From assembly GCA_020057555.1 (NCBI GenBank), contig JAGVFR010000028.1, positions 12,444-76,443 of the forward strand: a stretch of 64,000 nt of DNA. The letters run 5' to 3'. The DNA comes from a bacterium (lineage in GTDB: Bacteria > Patescibacteriota > Patescibacteriia > UBA9934 > GWF2-40-263). Shown here one piece after another: positions 16,804 to 27,579 of this stretch. Numbering within the stretch: the stretch's first letter is position 1; the number at the start of each line of letters is the position of its first letter. The translations under genes and the position numbers were made by a program. The notes under the pieces were generated by a model, which saw nothing but the letters and a program-made list of their open reading frames with translations, ran no database searches and had not been told where the DNA came from.

Positions 16804-17272
16804 AAAGGTCTGAATCTGAAGGATTGATAGAAGTAACAGTAAACTTCACCTGTATAATACCAATGTCTTCAACTGTTGTCAGATTTGAAAAAACTAAATT
16901 TGTTATCTTCACATCGTTTGAGCTCACAAGTACATTTCCTCCGTCTGCTTCGTTAATCTGAAACTGTCCATCATCTGAAGTAAGAGAAAAGACCGTCGGA
17001 TCAACACCAACGTCCACCATATTCAATGAAAGAACGCCCGGGTCCACACCAAATGTCGAACCACCAACATTAATTCCTTCCGCATGTCTTGCCGCGTCAT
17101 TTAATCTGTCTTGTATTAACCGCGCGTTTGCGAGCACTTCTGAAACAGCGGAAATTTTTGATCTGCTCGTAATTAAATTCATCATAAACGAAACCATGGT
17201 GACCATAATGACACCGACGATGGTAATGTAAACCACAAGTTCAACTAATGTGACACCGCGTTGATCTTTCAT
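16754..17272 (-). CDS. Minor pilin / pseudopilin. The start is probably the internal MKDQRGVTLVELVV rather than the ORF start at 17359.
   Basis: Prepilin-like N-terminus GVTLVELVVYITIVGVIMV. Confidence 0.6.
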   Translation of the reverse strand: MKDQRGVTLVELVVYITIVGVIMVTMVSFMMNLITSRSKISAVSEVLANARLIQDRLNDAARHAEGINVGGSTFGVDPGVLSLNMVDVGVDPTVFSLTSDDGQFQINEADGGNVLVSSNDVKITNLVFSNLTTVEDIGIIQVKFTVTSINPSDSDLFDYAENFQTAIRIPLD

Positions 17273-17274
17273 GT

Positions 17275-20106
17275 TTATTGTGTGTATTGAAGCGTAACAT
17301 CTTCCAAAACAGGAGTTGATAAACCCGAACCTATTAAGTACGCTTTCCACTGAATCCACTGCGTGCCGCTTGCGCCAGGATCAACAGAGATTGGAAAATT
17401 CGAAGTTGAGTAAGTGGTGTTTGAAGTCCCATCTGATCCAACCCATTTTGCGGTGGCAAGATTCGCTTCAGAGTTTGCTGTGCGAATTCTAAAAAACACA
17501 TCTCCTGTTCCGGTTTCACTCCAGCTAATTATACTCCACATTGTACCAACAGCACCTGACTCAAAAGCCTGAGACGTCATTGTTCCTTCGCGAGAGTATT
17601 GCGATGGCGGAGACCCTTCTCCAATAATCTGTAACTCCATTGTGTCGTTATCTGTTGCCAAAAACGCGTTAGTACCATTGAAATAGACTCCGTTGGCATT
17701 GGCATTAAGATCAAAAACCACGTCCTCGATTGGACTTGACGGAGTAGAAATATCCCAACGTTGAAATTCATTATTAGCTTTACCGCTGGCCATGTAGACG
17801 TAATTTGAATTATCCATATAAACCCCAGAAACTGTTCCACCGACTTCTCCTTCGCCAAATAAGGATGGAGATATTGGTGTTGTGATATCCAATACCGCCA
17901 ATTCACCAGAAGAAGCGCTATTTGCGCGACCGATTGTCAATACAGAACCTGACAACGCAACAGTGTTGGCATTTGTATTTGTTGATAGATTATAATTTGC
18001 GGCCTCACTTGGTGTCGCTGGCGTTGCAACATCAAACACAACAAGCTCTTTGCTATTGTCGCTTGTCGCGCCATACACATAATTTCCTGAAACTGTTAAA
18101 TCGTTAACATCATCTGAAAACTGAAGCTCTCCAATTTTCACAGGAGAAGCCGGTGTTGAAATATCAATAATTGCGAACTCTTCTTTGGTTCCTTGTATAC
18201 GACCAATGTAAGCATAATTTCCGCTAATCGCTACTGTGGTAGCGTCTTGCGTTCCATTCAAACTTAAACTCCCTATACGCGCCGGAGAAGTTGGATTGCT
18301 AACGTCAACTACATCAAGCTCGCGCGAATTATTAGCTGTGGCAAGATAAGCGATTGATCCTGAAACAACTATGTCGTTTACATCAGAACCAACATCAAAT
18401 GAACCAAGATATGTCGGACTTGATGGAATTGTAACATCATAAATCCAAAGCTCGTTAAGCGATGCGTTGTTCTGCGTCACAAGATACGCGTAATTTCCGC
18501 TTACATATATCTCGTTCGCATTATGAGCCCCACTTTTATCAACAGACGCGATCAATGTTGGAGTCGTCCATCCTCCTGATTGAACCCGCACTATCATAAG
18601 GTCGTTTGAATTTGACGCACTGCCAACAAAAACCGAACCGCCATATACCGCAACTGATTCTGCAATATCGGTTCCGGTTATATTCATTACAATTTCCTTG
18701 CTGAAACTAGACAAATTTATCACCATGATTTCTTCAGAACCATTGTTGGTGGCTAGAAACGCGTATTCTTGGTTAGTATCTATGTCTATTCCAAATATTG
18801 ACGCACCCAATTCCAACGAATTAGTAACGGACATAGCAGTTGGGTCTGAAATATCAACCAGCGCAAAATCGTAACTTGTTCCATCGTCTCTGGCAACAAA
18901 TAGATTATCGTCAACCAAATATAATTCTCCTGCGTTATCTGTTCCGTCCATATCAAGCGTGCCGACCTGCGAACCATCTAAAATCAGAAAGGAGAAAACC
19001 TCTTGCGTATTATTGTCTGATGTTGCAAAAATATGTGTCGCGCTAGCCACCATGTCGTTAAACGACGCGCTCACATTTGTAGAAAGCAAAAAATTTGGAC
19101 TTGAAGGGATTGTTATGTCGTACATCACAAGTTCATCATTCAAAGAAGAATCTCTCCCTATAACCAATATGTCGCTGAAAATGGCAACAGTATTCGTGTT
19201 TGTAACCCCAGGCAGATCAATCGTTGACACTAAAGCCATTGTTGAAAGATTAATGATACTCACCTCTGCTGAACTGTCATTTGTCGCAATGTAAGCATAA
19301 CCATCTGACACAACGAAATCGTTCGCGTTTTGAATATCATATCCAGCGATGAATGTTGGAGTGTTCCCAGACACATCTGAAGTATCATACGCGACAAAAT
19401 CGTCCCCTGCTGTGTTGTTGGCGAGGAGATATAAGATGTCATTTATATCATCAAGATATGATGTTTCCCAATTTCCGCTTCCCGGCAAATCAATTGAATG
19501 CTGTACATATGTGTTATCCCAATCTCTGTCATGCGCGCGTAACTGTACTTCGCCATTGTCAGATGTTGTAATTGTTGTGCTGTTCTCAACACCTGAAGTA
19601 AAATTAGCTGTTAGTGTTTGTATCCAAGACAAATTATCCCAGTTTGTCACATAAAAAACATCGTCAATGTTTTGAATTTTGCCGGAAAGAGTTTCCCATG
19701 TGACATTCACGGTAATTTTTTTTGTGTTTGCGTCAAAAACTCCTAATGCAAAAATATCCCCAATAAGTGAACCTAAACGGGTCACATCTTCAACTGTTAT
19801 TGTGCGCGTATAAATAGAATCAATTGTCTCTGAAGTTCCGCTAAACGCATAATACCCTGACCCAGTGCTTAGCCCATGCGTTCCGTTTATTATCTCTGAC
19901 CAATCCTGATCGCGAATAGACCTCACTGCTTCAATACCTTCTTTAATATATCCTGACGCAACAACATATTCAGTTCCTTGTTTTGATGCGCGTAATGATG
20001 TTACAACTGATCCAATCAAACCTGTTCCAAGAACGCCAAATAAAAAAGTGACGATAAGCACTTCCAAAAGAAGAGTCCCTGATTTTGATTTCAATATGGA
20101 ACGCAT
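17275..20106 (-). CDS. Giant (943 aa) prepilin-like protein with LVIVD-type beta-propeller repeats. Candidate pilus tip adhesin.
   Basis: N-terminus SKSG|TLLLEVLIVTFLFGVLG is prepilin-like. Repeats occur more than 8 times: SGNYAYL/I..NN..EL.V.D.S.P..P. The C-terminal domain is different. Confidence 0.7.
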   Translation of the reverse strand: MRSILKSKSGTLLLEVLIVTFLFGVLGTGLIGSVVTSLRASKQGTEYVVASGYIKEGIEAVRSIRDQDWSEIINGTHGLSTGSGYYAFSGTSETIDSIYTRTITVEDVTRLGSLIGDIFALGVFDANTKKITVNVTWETLSGKIQNIDDVFYVTNWDNLSWIQTLTANFTSGVENSTTITTSDNGEVQLRAHDRDWDNTYVQHSIDLPGSGNWETSYLDDINDILYLLANNTAGDDFVAYDTSDVSGNTPTFIAGYDIQNANDFVVSDGYAYIATNDSSAEVSIINLSTMALVSTIDLPGVTNTNTVAIFSDILVIGRDSSLNDELVMYDITIPSSPNFLLSTNVSASFNDMVASATHIFATSDNNTQEVFSFLILDGSQVGTLDMDGTDNAGELYLVDDNLFVARDDGTSYDFALVDISDPTAMSVTNSLELGASIFGIDIDTNQEYAFLATNNGSEEIMVINLSSFSKEIVMNITGTDIAESVAVYGGSVFVGSASNSNDLMIVRVQSGGWTTPTLIASVDKSGAHNANEIYVSGNYAYLVTQNNASLNELWIYDVTIPSSPTYLGSFDVGSDVNDIVVSGSIAYLATANNSRELDVVDVSNPTSPARIGSLSLNGTQDATTVAISGNYAYIGRIQGTKEEFAIIDISTPASPVKIGELQFSDDVNDLTVSGNYVYGATSDNSKELVVFDVATPATPSEAANYNLSTNTNANTVALSGSVLTIGRANSASSGELAVLDITTPISPSLFGEGEVGGTVSGVYMDNSNYVYMASGKANNEFQRWDISTPSSPIEDVVFDLNANANGVYFNGTNAFLATDNDTMELQIIGEGSPPSQYSREGTMTSQAFESGAVGTMWSIISWSETGTGDVFFRIRTANSEANLATAKWVGSDGTSNTTYSTSNFPISVDPGASGTQWIQWKAYLIGSGLSTPVLEDVTLQYTQ

Positions 20107-20110
20107 ATTT

Positions 20111-20548
20111 TTACTGTTCCACTAAACCGACTGCATTCACTGACAACACTCGAGTTTGCCCTGTTGTGCTATGTGTGAGTGTGATCGTGCCTGTGTTGCT
20201 TGTCGCTCCTGTTCGAAATTGAAAGACAACATCGCTTAGTCCGCTCAAGACAACTGCTGAAGGAAGTTCATGAACCTCATCATACGAGATATCACGACTT
20301 GCGTAATCAGTCCCGGCAAAAAGAGTAGCTTGTGTTGATGTAAAATGCGCTCCCCATACACTGTTGGCATGTTGACTGACTGTTCGCGCTTGTGCCTTGC
20401 GAAGCATCATCTCAATAACATCTGCTTCAACTTTAATCTGGCTTGAAGGAAGCGCGCTTCGAGATAGTGTGCCAACAATCGCAAAGAGAATTACAAAAAT
20501 TGAAATAACTATAAGAAGTTCAATAATCGTAAAACCTTTCTGACTCAT
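20111..20548 (-). CDS. Minor pilin with a prepilin signal
   Basis: MSQKG|FTIIELLIVISIFVILFAIV. Confidence 0.8.
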   Translation of the reverse strand: MSQKGFTIIELLIVISIFVILFAIVGTLSRSALPSSQIKVEADVIEMMLRKAQARTVSQHANSVWGAHFTSTQATLFAGTDYASRDISYDEVHELPSAVVLSGLSDVVFQFRTGATSNTGTITLTHSTTGQTRVLSVNAVGLVEQ

Positions 20549-20550
20549 AA

Positions 20551-21630
20551 CTACAAATTAAGCCCTTCTGTGACAGAATAAATCGGAGTAAATATCGCCA
20601 AAGCGACAAACCCAACACAAAGTCCGATCAAAATAAGAAGTAGCGGTTCAATAACAGTAGATAAACTCTTGGCTTTGATAGCAACTTTTTGCTCATAAAA
20701 CCTTGATAAATAAGCAAGTGTCTCGCCAATACTTCCTGAACTCTCACCAATTGCAATCATACGCTGAACCATTTTTGGATATAGCTTTGGATACGAGGAA
20801 ATAATATCAGCAAAACTTTCTCCTGATTCGATCTTGTTTCGCATATCACGAACCGACATACGATAAACATAATTTGGAAGAACATTTCCGCCAATCTCAA
20901 GCGCTTCTTGAATCGGAACTCCGCTTTGAAGCATTGTTGAAAGCATGCGCGTAAAACGCGCTCGGTTAATATCGTGCACAAAGCTGTTGATAACCGGAAT
21001 CTTCAAAACCACGCGATGAACAATAGGATCCATAAATCTCTGTCTTACCAAAACAACAAACGCCAACGCTAAAATAAGAATCGCTGGCGATAGAATATAG
21101 CCATTCTTTTGAAATTTATCCGCAAGCCACATTACAACGCGTGTTGTAAGTGGCAACTCAACATCAAGAGAGCTAAAAATTCCCGCCATTTGCGGAAGCA
21201 CGAACGTTGCCATTGCAAGCCCAAGAATCAATGTCGCGCTTATAATTATTCCTGGATACAGCATTGCTCCTTGCACGTTTCTACGAACCTCCAAATCTTT
21301 TTCCATTTGTTCAGATAAATGCGTCAAATTTTCTGAAAGAGTTCCTGTGCTCTCACCTATTTTGACGGAACTTACAAAAATCGGACCAAAAACTCCAACT
21401 TCTTTTTCCATTGCGCTACCGAGCAACTCTCCTGATTGAACATCTTCATTCACACGACGCAAAATGCTTTTCACTCGTCCGCCGAATTGCTCAACCAGCG
21501 TATCTAGAGCTTCAGGAACAGTAACCCCGGCCTTAATCATGACAGCTAAATTCTGTGTCATTGTCACAATATCAACCGTTGAAACAGGCAAGATATTTAT
21601 TTCACGTTTGTACCAAGGTTTTTTTAACAT
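20551..21630 (-). CDS. pilC: Type IV pilus platform protein PilC (GspF family)
   Basis: 359 aa polytopic protein with two GspF-like repeats. Confidence 0.8.
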   Translation of the reverse strand: MLKKPWYKREINILPVSTVDIVTMTQNLAVMIKAGVTVPEALDTLVEQFGGRVKSILRRVNEDVQSGELLGSAMEKEVGVFGPIFVSSVKIGESTGTLSENLTHLSEQMEKDLEVRRNVQGAMLYPGIIISATLILGLAMATFVLPQMAGIFSSLDVELPLTTRVVMWLADKFQKNGYILSPAILILALAFVVLVRQRFMDPIVHRVVLKIPVINSFVHDINRARFTRMLSTMLQSGVPIQEALEIGGNVLPNYVYRMSVRDMRNKIESGESFADIISSYPKLYPKMVQRMIAIGESSGSIGETLAYLSRFYEQKVAIKAKSLSTVIEPLLLILIGLCVGFVALAIFTPIYSVTEGLNL

Positions 21631-21632
21631 AT

Positions 21633-23333
21633 CTATTCTTTTGTAACTCTTAGCACTTCTTCAAGAGTAGTCTGGCCAATAAGCACTTTCCGCAAACCAT
21701 CATAAAGCATTGATGTCATTCCATTTTCCAAAGCGATCGAGTGGATCTCATCAGCATTTTTCTTTTCCATTATCGCCTCTCGAATCTTGTCGTCCACAAC
21801 CAACACCTCAAATATCCCGATACGTCCGTAAAATCCAGTACCGTGGCATACGGCACACCCCTTGCCATGAAAAGTCAGAAGAGATTTTAAAGTTTTTTCT
21901 TTGCCAACAAGCTCATCAAAATACTGTTTAACATGAGGCACTCGTAAAATTAATTGTTCTTGAAGTTTATCCATCGCGCGCGATTGAATACAACTCATGC
22001 AAATTTTTCGAACAAGACGCTGGGCAATGACTATATTTATCGTTGAAGCAAGTAAGAAATCCTCAACACCCATATCAGTCAAACGCACAAAAGCCGTTGC
22101 AGAGTCATTAGTGTGAAGAGTTGAAAGCACTAAATGGCCTGTCATGGCCGCATTCACCGCGATGCTGGCTGTTTCTTTGTCTCTGATCTCTCCAACCATA
22201 ATAATATCCGGGTCTTGTCGAACGATGGACCGCAAACCTTTTGCAAACGTGAGGCCTGTTTTCTCATTCACCTGAATTTGATTTACTCCTTCGATATCAA
22301 ACTCAACAGGATCCTCAATGGTTGTAATGTTCACCTCGCGCTGATTTAGGATACGCAACACAGCATAGAGTGTTGTGGTTTTCCCAGACCCTGTTGGACC
22401 TGTAACCAAAATAGACCCCCATGGCTTGTGTATTACGTCTGATACTTTGTTATAATCCTGCGCGCTAAAACCCAAATCTGATATCGCGTACGCGTGAGAC
22501 TGATCTGACAACAATCGCATCACAGCTTTTTCAGCGTGCGTTGTAGGTAAAATAGATATACGAATCTCCACATCATCTCCCCAAGGGGTTTTATAGACGA
22601 TCTTGCCGTCTTGCGCCGTTCGATGCTCATCAATCGCAAGTCGAGCTAAAACTTTAAGACGTGTCATAATATTTTCATGCAGACTCACAGGCAACTCGGC
22701 AATATCATGCAAAATCCCATCTTGGCGATAGCGCACTATCGTATACTTATCTTCCGGCTCGATATGAATGTCCGAAGCTCCCCCTTGATATGCGTAATCA
22801 ATTATCTTGCTCACAAGCTCGATTGTGCGTGTGTCAGCTCCAATGTCTCCAGATGCCGAACGATCAACGATCATCTTGAAAGCTTCTTTTGGATCTGTTT
22901 GAAAAAGGTGCATGTGCGAACGCAAATCTTTTGGCGTTGCATAGGAAAACTTAACTTGTTTTCGCAAATACTTTTCAAGAGTTGTGCGTTCAAGCACGTC
23001 ATCAGGTGACGAAGTGGCGACAATAATGTCTTCTTCAGTTTGTTTTATCGGAAGAAGTTCGTGTGTACGGGCAAAAGATTCAGGAATAAGAAGCGCTGTT
23101 TTGAAATCAATATCTTTCTGACGGAGATTTACAAACGGAATATCGTACCAAGCCGCTATAAGTTGCCCGACTTCTTCGTCTCTTAGCACTCCACTTGCAA
23201 CCAATACTCCGTCAATTCCTATTTCGTTCGCTTCTTTTGTTTGCGCGGCTTTATTAAATAAATCTTCTTTCACACCACCTGAAGCCACAAGAGCTTTATA
23301 TAATTGATCTTGATTCATCGACATAGTATTCAT
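21633..23333 (-). CDS. pilB: Type IV pilus assembly ATPase PilB (GspE family)
   Basis: Walker A GPTGSGKTTTLYA. A tetracysteine motif CMSC...CAVCHGTG. Confidence 0.9.
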   Translation of the reverse strand: MNTMSMNQDQLYKALVASGGVKEDLFNKAAQTKEANEIGIDGVLVASGVLRDEEVGQLIAAWYDIPFVNLRQKDIDFKTALLIPESFARTHELLPIKQTEEDIIVATSSPDDVLERTTLEKYLRKQVKFSYATPKDLRSHMHLFQTDPKEAFKMIVDRSASGDIGADTRTIELVSKIIDYAYQGGASDIHIEPEDKYTIVRYRQDGILHDIAELPVSLHENIMTRLKVLARLAIDEHRTAQDGKIVYKTPWGDDVEIRISILPTTHAEKAVMRLLSDQSHAYAISDLGFSAQDYNKVSDVIHKPWGSILVTGPTGSGKTTTLYAVLRILNQREVNITTIEDPVEFDIEGVNQIQVNEKTGLTFAKGLRSIVRQDPDIIMVGEIRDKETASIAVNAAMTGHLVLSTLHTNDSATAFVRLTDMGVEDFLLASTINIVIAQRLVRKICMSCIQSRAMDKLQEQLILRVPHVKQYFDELVGKEKTLKSLLTFHGKGCAVCHGTGFYGRIGIFEVLVVDDKIREAIMEKKNADEIHSIALENGMTSMLYDGLRKVLIGQTTLEEVLRVTKE

Positions 23334-23376
23334 AGTATACCAAAAAACAGCCTATTGTGGACTGTTTTAATAATTT

Positions 23377-23751
23377 CTAGAACTGTGACTTAATTTTCTC
23401 AACAACAACCGATATTGGCGTGTCAGATTTGATTAAATATTCTTTGGCTCCAGACGCTTTAATTTTATTCACATCTTCTTGCTGGCCAAGGTTACTTAAC
23501 ACAATAACCGGAACCGCTATTTTCTTTTTTCCCATTTCTTCCAAAACATCAAAGCCACTCATTAGGGGCATGAGAAGATCAAGCAGTACCAAATCCACTT
23601 GGTGTTTTTTTAGCGCTTCCAAACCTTCGACTCCATTTGTTGTGGTTAATACCTTAAATCCGGATTCTTCAAGGTTTGTTTTGAGGATTTCCAACAAAGC
23701 CTTTTCGTCTTCCACAATAAGGATTGTTCTTTTTTGGTCTTGTGTCCCCAT
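23377..23751 (-). CDS. Stand-alone response-regulator receiver domain (CheY/PilH-like)
   Basis: ILIVEDE...DLVLLDLLMP... Confidence 0.8.
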   Translation of the reverse strand: MGTQDQKRTILIVEDEKALLEILKTNLEESGFKVLTTTNGVEGLEALKKHQVDLVLLDLLMPLMSGFDVLEEMGKKKIAVPVIVLSNLGQQEDVNKIKASGAKEYLIKSDTPISVVVEKIKSQF

Positions 23752-23762
23752 ATTTTATAAAT

Positions 23763-25289
23763 TTATGTGTTTTGTTTAAACATGCCATCAGTCCTCAAAG
23801 GTAATATAACATGAAAAGTGGTTCCTTTGCCAACTTGCGAAGTAAAACCTATTGTTCCGCCTATTTTTTGAACAATGGATTTTACGATATAAAGCCCCAA
23901 CCCTGTCCCCTGTGTGTCCATTCTCTGGGCATTGTCAGCCCTAAACAATTTGGTGAAAATCTTGTCTTTTTGATCTTCTGGAATGCCTAATCCTGTATCT
24001 GAAACTGAAATTCGAACACTGGCGTCTTCTTTTTTTATTAACAATTCAATGTTACCTCCGTCAGGTGTGTATTTAATGGCGTTTGATAATAAATTTTGAA
24101 AAATGATTCCTGTTAGTTTTTTGTCAAGATGCATTGGCGGGATTGTGTCATCACCTGAAAAAACAAAAGAATGTTTATTCTTTGAAAACTCCGGTTCAAA
24201 CTCTTTTATAACATCACGAGCGAGTTGCATGAGATCAATAACTTCTGGTTGAATTGTAAAAGTTCCCATTTCCAATCTCGAAACATTCAACAGGGATCCG
24301 ACAAGCTCGGACATACGTTTTGAGCTTTCGTAAATTCTCTCGACAAATTGTTTTTGTTGCGGACTAAACTCGGAAGCTCTTCTGTTTGATAGCAGTGTCT
24401 CCGTATACCAGTTGATTGCGGATAATGGAGTTCTAAGTTGATGTGAAGCTAAAGACACAAACTCCGTTTTTGCTTTATCAATCTCTTTTTCTTTTGTAAC
24501 ATCGCGCACAACAGCAATGGCTCCGGTCACTTCGTTTTGAAATATGATCGGTGAAACAGTTATTGATACAGGAAAAATGGACTTATCCTTTCGTTCGTAA
24601 TAACTGACAAAAGAAGATGTCGTTCCTTCGCTTAGTGTGTGAGCCAAAGGACGTTCAGCGGACGGAATTACAGCGCCATTATCGTCCACCATTTTAATTA
24701 CATCAACCAATTTCTTACCGATTACTTCTTCCGACCTCCAACCAAGCATATCCGCCAATACTTTATTGAAAAGAACAACATCCCCTTCTTTATCTGTCGC
24801 AAGAACCCCGTCTCCAATGCTGTTTAGCATTGCTTCGTCTTTTACTTGTTCGCGCTTCAATTCGTTTTCCCTATCTTGTATGTCCTGTTGTAAATTCACA
24901 TTGGACGCTTGAAGCTTCTTTGCAAAACGATCCACAACAGAGCCAAGACGACCAATCACACCGCTCAATGCCACGTTCGAACGCGCTGTAAAGTCTCCAT
25001 GTGAAAGACGTTCTAAAACGTACACTATTTTATTTATTGACTTACTCGAGATGCGTATGAAAAGAAAAAATAGAACTAACAATAAAAATAAAATCAACCA
25101 CTGAGTTTGTGTGAAAAAAACTACCCGTAATGTTCTCCATGTATCGTGAAAGAACCTTAAGATCGTGTCTGCGTCTGAAACAAAAACCATTGATACAATT
25201 AGCAAGCCGACCAGTAGAGCGATAGAAGGAAGTAACCAATTGGGTAACCGTTTCATAATTTTTTTAGAAAGGAGTTGCTGAAATAACAC
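23763..25289 (-). CDS. Sensor histidine kinase (TM region, HAMP, PAS, HisKA, HATPase)
   Basis: SHQLRTPLSAI with the H-box. GLGLYIV with the G2 box. Confidence 0.85.
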   Translation of the reverse strand: MLFQQLLSKKIMKRLPNWLLPSIALLVGLLIVSMVFVSDADTILRFFHDTWRTLRVVFFTQTQWLILFLLLVLFFLFIRISSKSINKIVYVLERLSHGDFTARSNVALSGVIGRLGSVVDRFAKKLQASNVNLQQDIQDRENELKREQVKDEAMLNSIGDGVLATDKEGDVVLFNKVLADMLGWRSEEVIGKKLVDVIKMVDDNGAVIPSAERPLAHTLSEGTTSSFVSYYERKDKSIFPVSITVSPIIFQNEVTGAIAVVRDVTKEKEIDKAKTEFVSLASHQLRTPLSAINWYTETLLSNRRASEFSPQQKQFVERIYESSKRMSELVGSLLNVSRLEMGTFTIQPEVIDLMQLARDVIKEFEPEFSKNKHSFVFSGDDTIPPMHLDKKLTGIIFQNLLSNAIKYTPDGGNIELLIKKEDASVRISVSDTGLGIPEDQKDKIFTKLFRADNAQRMDTQGTGLGLYIVKSIVQKIGGTIGFTSQVGKGTTFHVILPLRTDGMFKQNT

Positions 25290-26175
25290 TTGTTCCAGAG
25301 CAAAGTCCGCTTACAACATCCGGCATAACAATGTTCCAATATAGCGACTTTGAAAGTCCAACATCGTCGTCTGTGCCAACACTTAAACCTGTGTTTATCG
25401 GAGAAGATGTAAGCGCGTTTGATAACACGTCTCCAGCGCCAACATCAGACAGACTCCATTGAATATCTTCTAATGGAATACTTCCGTTAACACTGCACGT
25501 CATACTCGAGCCAGACACCTCAACGGACACTATGTCGTTTCCTTGCTGGAGAAGAGTAAATTCAACATTATTCTGCGGAGTTGTCGCTTGCGCTCTAGTC
25601 AGAGTTCCAAAATCTAATGTCTGTGGAATTAAAAGCGCGAGAATTGTATTGATCTCGGTTTCTTTTATTGTTGAATCAACACTTTGCGCGTCGTCTTTGG
25701 CAACAACCTCTGCATTCCAAACTTCTGATTCGTGCGTTCCGCCAGTCATTGTTGAGTCCGCAATATAACTCAACTCTATAAGACAAGAATAATTGAGCAC
25801 AGTGCCTGAATTTGGAGTTACACTGCAATAAACACGATAACAGTCATTTGGATCAGGTGTGCAATTCGCGCCAATATTAGAGCGGTAGAATTGTAATTCA
25901 ATGGTATTTATGTCCCCGTCTTCATAACTTGTCCCGACTCCATCCTCATCAAACACTCTTCCGTTTACATAAATGTTTTTTGTCGCGCCAACAGCAGGTG
26001 TAATAGGATTTGAGACAGAATAAAAATCTGAATAATTAAAAGCGTAATTATTTACAAAAACATCCTGCACAGCTGGCGGATGGTTTACTTGCGCGCGAAC
26101 AACAGCGAAAAAAAACATTACGGTAAAAATTACCGAAATCGCAACAAAAAATTGTTTAATAAAATGTTTGTTCAT
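25264..26175 (-). CDS. Secreted protein of unknown function, paralogue A (signal peptide, Cys-rich core). The start is likely the internal MNKHFIK.
   Basis: Paralogous to 26524..27501. Conserved blocks TSY.DGD.N.I...F.RS....NCT.D.NDCY...C..T...T...Y.C.L.L...ADST..GG and LIP.T...GTLTRAQ.TT..NN.E.T..Q.GND...VEVSG..M.C. Confidence 0.6.
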   Translation of the reverse strand: MNKHFIKQFFVAISVIFTVMFFFAVVRAQVNHPPAVQDVFVNNYAFNYSDFYSVSNPITPAVGATKNIYVNGRVFDEDGVGTSYEDGDINTIELQFYRSNIGANCTPDPNDCYRVYCSVTPNSGTVLNYSCLIELSYIADSTMTGGTHESEVWNAEVVAKDDAQSVDSTIKETEINTILALLIPQTLDFGTLTRAQATTPQNNVEFTLLQQGNDIVSVEVSGSSMTCSVNGSIPLEDIQWSLSDVGAGDVLSNALTSSPINTGLSVGTDDDVGLSKSLYWNIVMPDVVSGLCSGTSVISATPF

Positions 26176-26255
26176 GTAGATTGCTTTTATTTTACCACAC
26201 TCGCTGAAAATCAAAACCCACCGAGGAAATTTCGGTGGGTTTTAGTTTTTTCTAA

Positions 26256-26501
26256 TTACTCTTTTACTGTTACAGAAGTCTTAACATCTTGATTTGCGAC
26301 TGACACAGATGTTTTAACTCCTTTTGATTCTCCTGATTTCACCACATCCTGACCTGAGCCAGGGTTCACTTTTGCTGATGATGCTTGTTGGGTCGAAGCT
26401 CCTTCAGTAACCACTTTTGGCGCGTTAAGGATTGAAATGACCAGCAACGCGGCCAATAATGCCACGACGACCCCCAGAATTGGCAAAGATTTTGAATTCA
26501 T
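26256..26501 (-). CDS. Small N-terminally anchored or secreted protein
   Basis: 81 aa with a signal/anchor SLPILGVVVALLAALLVISIL. Confidence 0.4.
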   Translation of the reverse strand: MNSKSLPILGVVVALLAALLVISILNAPKVVTEGASTQQASSAKVNPGSGQDVVKSGESKGVKTSVSVANQDVKTSVTVKE

Positions 26502-26523
26502 ACAATTACGTAGGGGTAATTTA

Positions 26524-27501
26524 TTAACTTGCGATTGCTGTTATTGTGTTTGTGCCTGAACATGTTCCTGTTACTGCGGCTGGCATGCCGATATTCCAAT
26601 ATAGAATCTTTGTAAGTGGGGTAGCATCAATTGTTCTGTAACCGATAGCAAAATTCGTATCAACTGCTGATGCAGTTAAATCAGTTCCACTACTATACAC
26701 AACATCGGTCAACGACCACTCTTGAGAAGCAATAGGAACCGTACCAAGAACAGTACAAGGCATGGTTGTTCCTGAAACTTCAACATCAGCTACATCATTG
26801 CCATTTTGTGTGATTGTCATTTCTTGATTATTCGCAGTGGTAGTTTCTTGAGCTCGTGTAAGTGTTCCATAATTAATTGTCCCAGGAATGACAAGTGAAA
26901 GCAGTGTTCCAACTTCCGCTGTATTTACAGTCGCGTTAACATTATTTGCCGTTGAATCATCGATTGCTTGCACAGAAGCTACCCATGTTTTTGTAGAGTC
27001 CGGCCCGCCTGCTGAAGTGGAATCTGCGTATGCTGCAAGGTTGAGTGTACAGTCATAATAAATCTGTGTTGCTGTATTGCCGGTGAGTGTGCAAGCAGTT
27101 GCTTTATAACAATCATTATTATCTACTGTGCAGTTTCTGCCACCACTGACATCAGAGCGAAAGAATGTCACGTTTATATCGTTCAAATCTCCGTTCGCAT
27201 AACTCGTATCAACGCCGTTTTGGTCTGTAACGGCTCCGTTGATATGGATCTCTTTTGTTGCACCAGGAACAAGTGTAATCGCGGTCGTTCCATCATTGTA
27301 CTCTGCTGTGCGACCGTTTGCCGCATTAGTGATGTATACGGAGTCCACAACAGGTGTCACGTTTGTGACGCCTGCTGATGTTGAAACGCTATCTGCTTGC
27401 GACCTAACACTAACAAGAGCCACGAGAACAAAGAGTCCAATAAGGACTAAAGCTCCTCCAAGAATCCATTGAAGGGCTGCTGAATTTTTTGTTTCAGTCA
27501 T
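26524..27501 (-). CDS. Secreted protein of unknown function, paralogue B
   Basis: See the evidence for 25264..26175. Confidence 0.6.
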   Translation of the reverse strand: MTETKNSAALQWILGGALVLIGLFVLVALVSVRSQADSVSTSAGVTNVTPVVDSVYITNAANGRTAEYNDGTTAITLVPGATKEIHINGAVTDQNGVDTSYANGDLNDINVTFFRSDVSGGRNCTVDNNDCYKATACTLTGNTATQIYYDCTLNLAAYADSTSAGGPDSTKTWVASVQAIDDSTANNVNATVNTAEVGTLLSLVIPGTINYGTLTRAQETTTANNQEMTITQNGNDVADVEVSGTTMPCTVLGTVPIASQEWSLTDVVYSSGTDLTASAVDTNFAIGYRTIDATPLTKILYWNIGMPAAVTGTCSGTNTITAIAS

Positions 27502-27579
27502 ATTATTTTTATGAAGACATTAATTTGTCTTCATTTAAGAAAATTTCTTAAAAGAATTATAGCATTTTAAGCTCGCTTC

